DNA of 64,000 nt from Yuukianura sp. NJ FZ-2021 (Eukaryota): contig CM102283.1 in assembly GCA_046563655.1 (NCBI GenBank), positions 8,866,001 through 8,930,000 of the forward strand, in the 5' to 3' direction. Both the position numbers and the translations under genes were made by a program. Positions 48,696-61,436 of the stretch are shown piece after piece (the first letter of the stretch is position 1; each line of letters opens with the position of its first letter). The notes under the pieces are model-generated. The model was given only the letters and a program-made list of their open reading frames with translations, did not search any database and had not been told where the DNA came from.

Positions 48696-51600
48696 TCACC
48701 AGAGAGCAGATTCAGTCGTAGGGACTTTCAGCACACCCACTCCGCCCCCAAGTCTCCTGGAACCAGTAAAATTTTGTATTACGACTTAAGTTTTTTCTCT
48801 AATTGCTTTAATTACATAAAATTCATAAGTAATTCACCTGTAATTCATCGAACTGCAAGGTTTCCATTGATTGCTCTCGATGTCGTAAACTTCAACGGTT
48901 TTCAAGTAATTCGAATTGTCGAACCCTGGATCAATCATACGATAGTGGTGTAATTATACTAATATGTTAAAATCAATACAGGTAGACAGAAAGTCGCAGA
49001 ATTCTAGGAAGCAAAGATCGATTTGATTGTGTTGGTAAATAAATAATTACCGCCAACAGCATGAATCTGACCGTTGACTATGGCAAGACCGACCTGAAAG
49101 CAAAATAATAATTAAGTTTGGATCAATTTACCAATAAGAACAAGGCCAAACTTAATAATTTCTTACACCACTCCTCCTGGAATTCATAGCCACAATTGGA
49201 CTCCAGGAATTCGTCAGAGGGTTGTACCTCTCAGCACTGCTCAATTCCATACAATCATCTCTTCCGCCGACCTTCACCACATCAAAATTCAATATTAATC
49301 TACTAATAATTGTAAACTGCACGACCAACATGTGATTCAAGTTAATTACCGCGTATATAAGGTTGTTGAAGGTGCAACACCCTGTAAAATTCCAACAAAA
49401 TGATGGTTTTGATTTAGACAAATCTAATTTACAAAGAGTATCCAAAAATTACCAAGATGTTTCCGCCTTGTAGACATTGGAGCCACGGCGACCCACTTGT
49501 TTTGCCGTGGACAGTAGCGTTCAACTGAAAAGTCATTGGTAATTTAGATTTCAGCGGCAGTTCGTACCTTACTAGGATTCTTACCAGTGTTCAAGGGTGT
49601 TTGTCCATCGCTTCCACCAATGGCATAAAGATATCTGAAATTAACCAAAGTTACAAAGTGGAACAAGCACTAATACGGTTAGAAGGCAGTTCAAAATCTA
49701 GAAAAATTACCCGCCAAGCACTGCAACGGCCACTCCCAGTCGACGTGTCAACATCGGGGCTACCTTCGTCCACTTGTTCTCCTGTCACATTAAAAATTGC
49801 AGAATAAAGTAAAGTCATGACTAAATTTGCGTTACGACTTACCTTCGGATCGTATCTCTCCACTTGATTCAGACATTGCACTCCGTCTTGCCCACCGACC
49901 TGAAAATCAAAACGGTCATGAGACGACGTCAACAAACGACTATTCAATTCAGAAACTCACAGCGTAGATGTAATTGTCCAAGGTGCAAACACCTACACTA
50001 GTACGACAGGACGTCCTAAAAAACAAACTTGCTAAGTTCCTCGTAGTTCTTCCAATACAAAATGTATTCCAAACTTACGTTGGCGCAACATCTGAGCTCC
50101 ATGTATTCGTTTGAGTATCGTAGCGTTCTATACTGTTCAAATACGCCTGACCATCATGTCTACATAATAGAAATACCATTTTATAAATCAACAATGATTG
50201 AATTTTACACCAACTCATACCCTCCAACTGCGTAAAGCAAATCATTGAGAACTGTCACTCCCACACCACAACGTCGCTTCGACATGTTGCAAACCAATCT
50301 CCATTCACCTGTTCAAGTAAACACGAAATGAGGGGTTTCATATTCACATAATACATTTAGAATTTTTCGAAAAATCAATACCGGTTTGAGGATCGTATCT
50401 TTCGACACTATTGATCGCATCTCCAGAGCACCATCCTCCGACTGAAAAAAAAACACAGATCTCAGAGTTTTGTTACTTTGTTTGCACTCAAAAGATCAAA
50501 ATAGCAAATACCTGCAAAAAGAACTTCTCCCCGTCGCACCGGTTTCCTCTGCTTCGTCCGAGGGCCTTGCATCAGCAAGCGCTCTTGAGGTAAAAGTAAA
50601 TAATTCTTTGCTTCATCAACTAAATCCCGACATGCTTCGTCGCTCTTGACAAGCAGCTCCGAACCGACAGTTCCAACCAGGAATTTCGGGTTTAGCAATG
50701 GTAATCTGTTGGAAAATGTGGATACAGTCACAGTGAGAGACAACTGCCGGAGAACCAATAGTGGAGTTAGGAGTTACCTGACATGCTGAAGAACTTGAGA
50801 AAAAACTGGTCGTCGTTCGGCTATGTTGTACTTGACCCAGGATAATACTGCATTAAAAACCTGTCAAATGGAAATAAAACTTAAACCAATTCAAAACGAA
50901 AACAAAACGTTTAAGAAAACTTACCTGTTCTTCTGAGCGGATGTTTAATTCATCGGATGCGATTATATCAATAAGTTGTGCGGCGGGTAAAAGCAAGAAT
51001 TCTTCACTCACCATTACTGTAAATCAAGTTTAAAACCCCATCAATCAAATTGAGTACATCGATCAAAATGATTTGCCTTGTTTGTTGCCTTACCGTCAAT
51101 AAAATTGTACAAAGTGTAGATAGAAGCGATTCTTTGAAGTTCTCGACAGCTGTGAGTGTCTGCAAAAATAACAACAGGCAATGTATATCTCAGGTGACCT
51201 TTTTAGGATTGAATCTGAACGATTGCGCGTACCGGCAAAAGCGAGTATGCCGAGGCAGTTTGTGGGATCGAGTTGACGTTTGAGAAACTCGCAACATTTT
51301 TCTTGGATTTCGTCCAGTTGTAAAAGACAAGCTAAAATCAGAAAGAACAGTTAAACTCCTTTAACTTTTAGAATGGTATACTTACATCAATTTACCAGCG
51401 GGTAGAAGAGTTTGAACATTTGTTTCATCTATCACTATTTTCGAGCTGTAGCAAAACTCAATCAGAACACCCATCGCGTTTTCGTCTATTTCGCGAATAG
51501 AAATTTCAGTCTGGCGTGACTCGGATAAATCGCCTGTAAAAATACAAGTCATAACAAGATTGAATAGTAACAAAAAAAACTTGAAATTAATGATACTTGC

Positions 51601-52007
51601 CGGTAAACATAGCTCGAAAGTATGGACTGCAGGCTGATAAAATGATGCGATGGGCATAAATAGGTTCGCGAGATCCAACATGGAGAATAACGTCACAGAG
51701 CTCCCTACAAAGTGAAAACAAAAACAAACGATTGCCGTATTATTCAAACGTTACGAACAATGGCACTAAAACCTTACCGTGACTGGCGAAAATTGTTCAT
51801 CATGTCCAGCATCCCGCGAGCCAGGCGGTCGGAAGTATATTCTAAACGGTTTGGCATTCCAGTTGTTCGCTCCGCAGTACCCATCGGACCAGTTGTGGTT
51901 TCATACATTTTCTATAAAAGTTTTCGTGTCAACAAAGTAATTCCTCAGATGATCGAGTTAACCTCGCTAAGCTGACTATCACTTCCTGTGGAGGATGCAG
52001 ATGACAT
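48696..52007 (-). CDS. dbo: Kelch-like protein diablo / KLHL20 (BTB-BACK-6xKelch Cullin-3 adaptor), 22 coding exons
   Basis: Spliced translation gives [40 protein letters not shown] (BTB), LDPTNCLGI and [15 protein letters not shown] (BACK), [81 protein letters not shown] and C-terminal [10 protein letters not shown], all characteristic of KLHL20/diablo. The start could be 52007 or the Met at 51908. Confidence 0.95.
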
Positions 52008-53156
52008 GGTTCATTTCCAATTTCTCAAATCGTGACTTCAGTCCAAGTAAAATAGTGAATCTGTAAATATGAAATGTATCTTATAAACTGAAGCCTTAAA
52101 AAGAAAAAAAAATTCTGCAAATATTTCCAAAAGTGTAAGTTTTGACTTACATAAGGTTTGACGTTAGCGGATTTAGGTCAACTTCAAAATCCCCGTTTCA
52201 ATTTCTGCAAAAGTGGAAATTCTTGTATTCATCAATTTAGAACCTCAATGAGGCCCTTGTTTTTGTTCGATATGATATGGTTACGATTTACGAATATGAT
52301 GATTAACCCCAAGCTGAATAGCCAAACCAAAACAAACGAGATATGATAAGAATTAATTAAATTAATTTACTGTAGGGAATATAGGCAGTGGGTTATTATG
52401 GACTTAAATGAAAATTTGGTGATTGTTCAAGCAGATACCAACTACAGCACGTCACCCCAATGCCATGGGCAAATTTTAGCAAAAATAATATTTTAATAAT
52501 TTTTACTGTTTACTTTCACTGCATGTAATTTGACCTAAACACTATTAAACGCAATTAGTAAGTTCAATTCACATGTGAATGTAAATTAATCTTAGTAATT
52601 TTATAACACTACAGGTGTTGCAAGTTTAGTTAGATTATATGATTATTAATAATTTACTCCTTTGTAGTCATCAAACGCAAAATGTTTTACAAAAATGGGG
52701 AAAGGGCTGATGTGTGAAAAATATAGATTAGCCACTAAAAGTAAATAGAGAATTCATGCATTGTAATCTGCAGTAATACGCTATTAGTGTTGAGAGGATA
52801 CTTAGGAAGCATGCTCCCTGATAAAAACCGCGTACAACAACAAAAGGACAAAGGAGAACAACTGCACAGTGACCTTTCTTTTTTAGTTTTTGTCAATCGC
52901 TTAAATTCAAATCGAATTTGACCACTGTACAACGTTACAATCGTCTTCAAGGCAAGGTACAAGTCAACTGGTGAAGTCAAAGGTCAAGGATACCCGAAAG
53001 AGAATACGTTTTGCGGACAGGAATTTTGGAATGAGTTCCTAAACAAGCGGATATTGTTTTATGTTATTCAGTTTTCATAATCGTTCATCAGTCTCTTTTT
53101 CTTGCGTTTAGAACTTAAAGCAAACACAGTAGGCAGAATCAGCCCTTATTTGGAAT

Positions 53157-55345
53157 ATGCAGCGATATACTAGTACGTTTCGAGGACGTAATTCCAGAAG
53201 TCCATCGGGAAGCAGTGGCGGAAGGAGTAGTAACGGATCTGATGGACTACGTCGCTACGACAATTCATTTGGAAATAGAGATGGACGTGGCCGTTCTAAC
53301 TACACATCCAGTTCCAGTCGCGGAAGTTCACAATTCGTATTGACACAATCAAAACTTGCAACTTAAATGCTCTGTTTTCATGTCTGACTGAATAACTTTT
53401 TTCTGTTTTTCAGAGAGGTAATGGAGGTCGTAGTAACCGAATTGGCAGCTCTGCAGGTGACGATTATCATAATTCTGAGCTGGAAAACTGGGATGCCGAA
53501 CCTGTGCAAGTTGAATCACGAAGGAACGGATCCACTAACGGTCACCTTGATATGAATCGTGTATCGTTGCATTCTCGGGAACCATCTCCAATTCAGTGTC
53601 GTCGAGCAGTAAACCGATTACCCAATCGTTCACCCTCGCCTCAATACTCTCAAAGACGTACACGGAATTGTTCTCCAGCATCTCGGGTTCCTCAACGGAT
53701 TTCTCGAAGTCGTTCCCGTTCCCATTCACCACCATCGTCTCGATACACACAACGTTCTAGAAGTCGTTCCTCCTCTCCATTTGGCAGACGACATTCTCCT
53801 TCACCAATTCGACAACGATCACGCTCTCCCTTTCAGCCTCGTCGCCCTCGATCACCTTCACCGCTGAAAGCCCGTCGTCCAGTTTCATCACAGTCACCGC
53901 CGCCTTACAGACAAACATCAGTTTATGTTCCACCACCTAGAAGACCCCAAAGAGCTTATAACACAGAAGATGAAAACTGGGAAGCAGAGCCTACTGCCAA
54001 GTCTGTGCCAACTAATCACACAAATGGCCGAGCTCATATTATTGAACACAGACCTAACCGACCCAAGTCTCCTGCCTTTGTATCCCATCATGCCAGCGGT
54101 TGTAAAAAACCAAGTAACTCAGTACTGAATAACGAAGATGAAGATTGGGAATCTCCGGTTGTAAAAGCAGAACCGTTGAAAAAATCGCCTGATGCATGTG
54201 ACAAGGTGTTGGGAATTAAAATCAAAATAGAAAAAGACGAGGACACTTCAACAAAATTCACAGTGGAGACAAATAGTACTGGATTCATTCCACACATCAA
54301 GACTGAAGTGCCAGAAAAAGAGCCCGGGGAGGCTTCGCCGTCACCTCCACCTTCAATATCACCGCGGCAGCATCCAATGCCACGGTATGCTTCTTTCTCT
54401 CCGCCTGCTGTACGTCGGCCGGACCGTAATCTATCATCGATGTCAACACACTCTTCATCTTCGTCATCAAGTCGTGGTCCACTGCGTTGCTCCTTCTCAC
54501 CAGAACCTCTCGTACCAAGAACAGTCAGAAAGCGCGCTAATGATGTTTTTGATCCAGCACATTCTAAGGATGAACAGTATCCAAAGTTCCGTGAGTCGAA
54601 GAATCGTGATCGGTCGCCGCCAGACAACGACAGGAGAACGTTTAAAGACAAACGGGGGGTGAGCAACTACAAAAAAACCGGCACTTTTGGATTTGATGTC
54701 AACGTTGAATCGCCGGAGGCTGAAGACCCTGATGCTTGTGCAGTACTTCTTCCTCCGCCTCCACCAATTCCACTGGACGTACCTGCTCAAACTTTACTTG
54801 CATTGGCCCAAGCACAACTGAATCCAACTCAACAATTCGGAAACACGACAGTGCCTGGTGTTGGACTCGGTCCCTTGGGTTTACTTCCTCATCAAATTGC
54901 TACATTTCTGCCTCATCAATTAGCCTTACTGGCTCAGCTGATTCAGCCTCTGCCTCTCCAAATGCATCAAATGACAGAAGGCAGCACTACTTCAGGTATT
55001 CAGATTCCTTTGGCTGTCTCACCAACGTCTTCTACTCACTCTGACATGGCCAATGGGCATCGTATTTCTGGATATGATCAGTTCCAAGGAAGAGGGAACC
55101 ACGGTGGTTCAATTGCATCTGATGAAGGTGTAGACGAAAATGGAGAACTGATTCCACATCGGGTTTCGTCTAAATCAAAAGCAAGTAACGATGCTGACGA
55201 GAACTGGGAGGCTGACGTTCCTGTTCGAAATACTTTCTCTAAAACGACTGACGAACGATTCGGTTTTTCTCAAAATCCTGTTTTTCCAACCGATCCTTTA
55301 ATTTTTGACTATGGACATGGCACACACACGACTGGATTCTCCTAA
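53157..55345 (+). CDS. RS/SP-rich low-complexity protein, 2 exons, 703 aa, no recognisable folded domain
   Basis: Exon 1 53157-53336 (gtattg donor); exon 2 53414-55345 (tttcag acceptor) in frame with the 613-aa ORF. RG/RS-rich N-terminus, RSRSP repeats, P/Q/L-rich segment. Confidence 0.85.
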
Positions 55346-55762
55346 ATTGCTCAATTTGCAACTGGTTTGGGTTTATGAATTGACTAGAGAAGTACTATTT
55401 GTCACAGTAGTCTTCAGTCTTCTGACTTCCCTCGCTTTTTTGTAGATTAACTTTAACTTTCTTAGAGTTACGCAAAGTCATACGTCATTAGAACGTTTGA
55501 ACAGATTTTTAAATATGAATTAAATTTTAATCGATTTCTTTTTCTGACAAACTGTCGTAGTCTATTATAGCCTAAATGCTGACAAAGTTTACAACAAACT
55601 TAAGAAATTCAGTTGTTATTAAACTAAACTATTTTATAGACTTTAGGATATTCGAAGGAATTAAAAAAGATAATTTAAAATCTTGAACTTATGTGAGTAG
55701 TCAAGTAATTGATATACCAATACCAGTCTAATTAATTAACGTAGTAACTTTGTATTACTAAT

Positions 55763-58700
55763 CTACATGTAATTGTATGCCCCAGACTCAGAGTTTCTTA
55801 GCTTAGACCTTCTAGAATGGCGCAAGTCATCGTACAAATCGTCTACAGGATCAGCTGGTCGTTTCATAGGGTTAAATCCTCCTCCTCCTCCTCCTAACCT
55901 CCCTCCTCCGCCTCCTCCTCCTCCAAAAGTATCGCTTGTTCTCCGGAAGAAGTCTAACGTATTTGAGCTTTCTGATTGTTGTTGATTAGCGAATCGGTTG
56001 CGATCGTAATCCATTACTCCTCCACGTCTGTCGTCAATCTCTTCATAATTTCTGCCAAAACTTGGAACTCTGGATGATGTTGGACCAGACGGACGTCGAA
56101 ATAAGTCTTCTTCTCTGTCCTTATGATGATTGTAGTCCACCAACCGACTTCGATCACTAGATTCTTGAGATCTTGGAGATGGAGACGCTGGTTTTACAGT
56201 ATTGGGAGCATCCGAATCAGGAGTGTTCGGAATAAGCTTCTCAATTAGACTTGAGATTCTTAGTAAATCATCTCGACTCATGGAAATCGTATTCTTCTTG
56301 GGCTGGGTGATGACGGGAGGAGCTGGAGGTTGTTTCAAGATCGGCTTCAATGCTGGCTTCAGAGGTTCAGTACTAGCCACTACTGCCGGTTGTTGAACTA
56401 CTGCTGGCGGGAGTTTGAGTAGACCAGAGGTGTTGATTGGCTCTTCAGTATCACGTGGGTAGCGTGCCAGAGATATACCAGTTAGAATGCCACGAACAAA
56501 GTCATCTGGATTATCAAACGTATCGAACAAGTATCTGTCGTAGAGCACCTTGTAGTCGTTGTCACTCAGCCCACCAATCCCATACTTCGGTCCATACTTC
56601 TTCAAACATCGTTCACAGGCCAGCTTCCAAGCATCCATGGTAAGTATTGAGGGAAGCGCAGGGGCAGCGGACTTTGGAGGTTCTGGTCGTGTTTGTGGTA
56701 TGTTGCTGTTCATATTCTACAAACATCGTAACAACTTAGATTAATACTTCATTCCATCAGCAGTATTTACTTAACATTAACGTTAATTAGTTAACAAATT
56801 TTAAGATAAGAAAACTTACAAGTGAATTTGGAGTCAATTGTTGCGGAACTGGTACTGGCTGTGGTACTGGCACTGGCTGCGGAGGCGGCATTGGATTCAT
56901 GTACTGGTTCTCAGGACGATGCATGAACGGATCTTCGTGATACTGATTGTCGTATCCACCGTCCATCATTCTTTGTCCATAACTCTGGTAAAAAGATGGA
57001 AATAAGTGCATTGCTTTTTTAAATTCAAGTTCTCGTCTAAGTAGACTAAAACTATTAAGTTGAGCTACTTAAGCTTAATTTTAAGATTTTACATTTGTGT
57101 TATTGGGAAAATCATCCAGAGGATGTTGCATTTGCATAGGACCTGGCGGACCGGGGTATGAATACTGTTGTGGCGGTCCTGGTCCGAAATAGTTTGGGCC
57201 AAACTGCGACGGGGGTCCTTCCATGTCCATGAATGGTTCCATCGGGGGACCCTAAACGTATTCAAAACGTTTAGTTTCACCATTAGTCATTACAATAAGT
57301 TGAGAAAGTTTCGTAACGAGCAATAAGTGTAAGTCACCTGTTGAAAATGTGGTTGTGGCATGTCATGGTCTGACATCATAGAAACTTCAAATGGTGGACC
57401 ATCATAAGAAGTCGTAGAACTTGGACCAGGCGTCTTCATGGCCACCAGAGCCGCATAAGTCCTGCCGTCTATTGGCAATTGAATAGATGCGTAGAGTCTA
57501 GTGTCAGGTCTAAAGAGTTGCTTCTTCTTCAGCAGTTGGAGGACCCTTGTAGGGTACAAGTACAGATCTGGACCATAAGCAGTGAACACTCCAAGGATGA
57601 ACTGCTTTGGCTCTGTCACTACAGTGGACAAGTACTCGGCGTATCTCAACTTCACCATTTCAATTTCCAGTCCGTCAAGTGCTTTCCCCGTTTGTGACAA
57701 CCTCCATTCCAAATGTCCTTCGAAAGCCTGATAAGGCATTTGAATGTTGGTCGGACTCCATCCTACGGAACAAGTTATTAATGACTAAAGTAATTCATTT
57801 GATGATTGATGAAACTAATCGATTGAAGTAAAGTGTTACTAAACTTACCCATCGGGCCAGGAATGGAGCTATTCGCAACTGGATCGTAAACAGCGAGCTG
57901 CAGCGGTGACGTTTGACTATGCATAACTCCTTCCACAGTTGACATATCGAAACACCCTGAATGACGACGACTCATTTCAAGGTTGGCAAAATCCGACTTG
58001 ATGAGAACGACCAAAGATGGATGTAGACGTGGAATGTCGTAGTAACACGATCTGTTCCTGTCCTTCAGCAGCACTTCGGCGACGTTGTTCAACTGAGACT
58101 TGTAGCTCTTTGCATGACTCAAGTATAAATTGTACCTGCGAAGACGTCCACTTATTTCTACAACTATATACTATTTTACAGTAAAAAAAAAACACACTTA
58201 CCAATTTCCAATCATGGACGGTGACATCTTGAACCCTCGCTCGAAAAACATTTGCCAAAGTTTTTCAGTGGCAGTGCGAAACGTTTCTGGAGTAATCCCA
58301 ATCGTCTTTCCAGTACTGTCCACGTTCAGTGCTGCAGGTTTCTTCACTTCTTGTGTCACGACCCGCACAATTTTGGATGCACTGAAATTGTCAATAAAAA
58401 CGTTTTGAAAACGTTTGACTTATAAAAATCAGTTAAATTTTATCAGGCTAGTTTGAACTTACTCATCAAATGTCTTTGTATTTGCAGTAGAACTTGACGT
58501 TGATGAACTTGGTTTGACAGAGGCAGAAGTATTTGCATTTGCACTGCTACTGCTTGCCGAAGTACTTCCTGTCTTAGTTTGAGAGTTGCTTGCATCCTTC
58601 GAGCGATTTTCCGGTTTAGAACTAGAGTTACTCCCTCCATTGCGACTATTTCGACTGTTGTTGTTAGCAGTAGATCCAGGTTTGTTGTTCGAACTTGAGG

Positions 58701-59907
58701 GTTTGGACTGGTTCGATGATGACGATTTCTTGGAATCTTCTTCCTTACCCCGACTTTTAGATCTGTCGGAGTTAAAGGAGTTGTCATTGAAGTTATCCAC
58801 ATCAACATCTTCCGTTAAATCAATTAGTTTCACTATTTGAATCAACGGTTTGAAGTTGGGGTCGGAATTGGTGGGAGCGGAAGAAGTAGAAGACGTTGAC
58901 AACTTCCTTGCAAGTGGATTGCTGGTGAACTTCTTCAAGTATTCTGCATTTCGTTTCGGAATTGTAAAATTGTCAACACCGAATCCAAACTTTATCTGAT
59001 TTTGTGGAGTGTAGCCTTCCATAAACTCTGTTTTGAGTATCTTCCGGTCCCGCAAAAATTCCAGGACTTTGCTAGGGTAGAATCTGACGTCTGTTCCGAA
59101 GGAGATTGCGGCAAGGAGAAATTCTTGATTCGACTCGGCACATTTGAAGAAGTATTTGAGATAATGTCGTTTGAACGTACTTTCATCGCCTTTGTTGTTA
59201 ACAAACTCTTTTCGAGGATTCTTCTTTTGCTGAATAATCATTGTTGTATAGCGTTTGAACATGTCAAAGTTGATTGATAAGTTCATGGGGTGCCATTTAT
59301 CCTTGTACAGTGTGTTCAAATTGTATCGGACATCGCGCAACATCTCCGAGGGAGAATCAGGATCAGCTGGAGCTTCTTTCAGGATCACTTGCAATTCCGT
59401 TTCTCCCCTCATGAGAAGTTCGTGACGAGATTTGGAAACGCTTCCATTGCTGGCTTTGAAGTCGGAGCTGAAATTTTCGTACTTTGGAATCGCCATGATT
59501 GCTCGCATCACAGAGGACTATCAAAAGTAAAGCAAAAGTAAGTGAACTGCAACGATTTCATTCATAAGAACTTAAGTGCTAACTTTTAGAGGTGTGTCGG
59601 CTTGAAACTCAGCATTCTGTTTTTCGCAAACTGAACGTTCATGATCCATATTAATTGAGTTGGCAGCATTCTCCAAGTGGCGATAATTCTTGTGCAGCGC
59701 TGCGACGAAGTTGAGGTAACGTAGTGGTACCAGCTCTGTGTGATATCGCGGAATTTTTGTGTCACCATTGTAGTATGCCTCGACCTCATCCCTACAGGCA
59801 TTCTTTCTTGCGTTACTCCAGAACTGATCGGGATCAGGAGCTCTTGGAAACTGTTTTTTGAACTTCTTAACCATTTCCTCTGCACCGTTACGCCCTTCGC
59901 TTGACAT
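55763..59907 (-). CDS. Orphan protein, 8 exons, ~1182 aa, with a repeated predicted-helical domain and S/N-, P- and G/D/R-rich linkers
   Basis: Exons 59907-59584, 59517-58463, 58381-58202, 58135-57849, 57762-57338, 57251-57093, 56984-56820, 56716-55763. All introns GT-AG; the exons join into one frame of 3549 nt. Confidence 0.85.
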
Positions 59908-60521
59908 GTTGATAGAATTCACTCCAATTTAGAATACTAAACAAGAAAATGGAAAAATCATTAAACTAACATCATAAAGCATAATAATAATTGCACAAAA
60001 CACAAAAAAAGTTATATCGTAATTCACTAATCTAGTGGGAATTCCAACCTCGTGTTTTCACCTCCTCTCTCCGGTGGAACTAATCTTGTTAATCGATTAA
60101 TTCGAGTCTAATTCATACAAACAACAAAGAAAAGAAACGTTGTGTATGTCTCTGATCTATCTAATGCTGTTCGATTTATTTTAATTTTAGCCGTGCCTTT
60201 CATTTGGCAAAAATTCTGGAATTGTTTAAACTTCGCGCCAAGCGTAGTCTGGGTACGAGATCCTTGCACATTCTGATGTCACCCACTCACCAGTGTTGGG
60301 CATCCAGACAAACTTTTTTTTAATTGATTTTTTTTTTGTGTTTCCTTGACAACGAATACGAAATTTTGTTTGATCGAGCTCCAACCTAAGTTTTTGATCA
60401 ACAAATTGCTTCAAGCTGTTGTAAACTTTGCTTTCTCCGAGTAGGAAGTGTGACTTTGCTGCTTGCTTTTCCTGCTGACCTCCAGTTGACCTTGGTCAGT
60501 GTTTTCGATCTTTTGGACATC

Positions 60522-61317
60522 ATGGCGTCGAAACGTAAGAAACAGAATGTGTTGGGGATTTCAAAGTCTGGACTGATGGACATGAAGCCTCCGGAGGAAA
60601 TTGAAAAGGAATTTGAAGAGATTCTTAACTCCAAAGATGCCAGAATCCAGCACATCCTGGGCCAAGTGTCGGAAGTATTCCATTTGTTCGATCAGAACCA
60701 AAACGTTGTTGATGTACGGGAAGTGGGATGCCTCATTCGGTCGCTGGGTAAAAAAACGTTCGAAAACGTTTTTTTTATTAAAAAAAAAATTCCAAAAATT
60801 TTGTTTCATTTTTAGGCTTGTATCCGTCAGAAGCGGAAGTTCATGAAATCATTGCTTGTGTCGAAGATCCTTCAACGCAAGGAGTTGTCAAATACGAAAG
60901 ATTTGCTCCATATGCTGTCAAGATTCTTTTGCATGGAAGCATGTCAGTTTATTCAACGTTTTTCAACTTTTCAAAATTTCGGTTTTCAAAATGCACTTTT
61001 TGTGCGATTTTAGGTATCAAGGACCTACTGACTTTGATATCGCAACTGCTTTCCAAGTACTGGACACTGAAAAGATTGGCTATTTTGATCTTCAGGTTCC
61101 TTTTTAAAATTTAGTTTGTAACTTTTCAAAAAAGTGGTTTTTTAAACTTTTTTTCTTGAAATTTCAGGGAATGAAAGACATTATGATGAAAGATGGTGAG
61201 CCACTTTCAGCTGAGGAGTTTGACGACATGATGACATTCGGATTCAACGAAGAGGAACAAAAATTTGACTGGCGCGCTTACATGAAAAAAGCTCGACTCC
61301 ATGTTCCCGATGACTAA
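60522..61317 (+). CDS. EFCAB2: EF-hand calmodulin-like protein, EFCAB2/DRC8-like, 4 exons, 194 aa
   Basis: Exons 60522-60747, 60816-60942, 61014-61095, 61168-61317. Motifs FHLFDQNQNVVDVREVGCLIRSLGLYPSEAEV, AFQVLDTEKIGY and MMKDGEPLSAEEFDDMM are typical of EFCAB2. Confidence 0.85.
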
Positions 61318-61436
61318 AAACTTTAATTTCAAAGAAACTTTTCAAACCAAAAGTCACAAAACTCAAATGAATTAAAATAATGACAACTTTGTATATTTTA
61401 ATAAGTTATTCAAATTATACTAACTAATTAATCGTT

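Noticed and set aside
54088-54790. Antisense ORFs up to 192 aa
   Set aside because: They are shadows of the GC-richer + strand coding exon.
58157-58160. Upstream tag acceptor for exon 4 of the repeat-domain gene
   Set aside because: It would create an in-frame TGA; the cag acceptor at 58138-58136 keeps the frame open.
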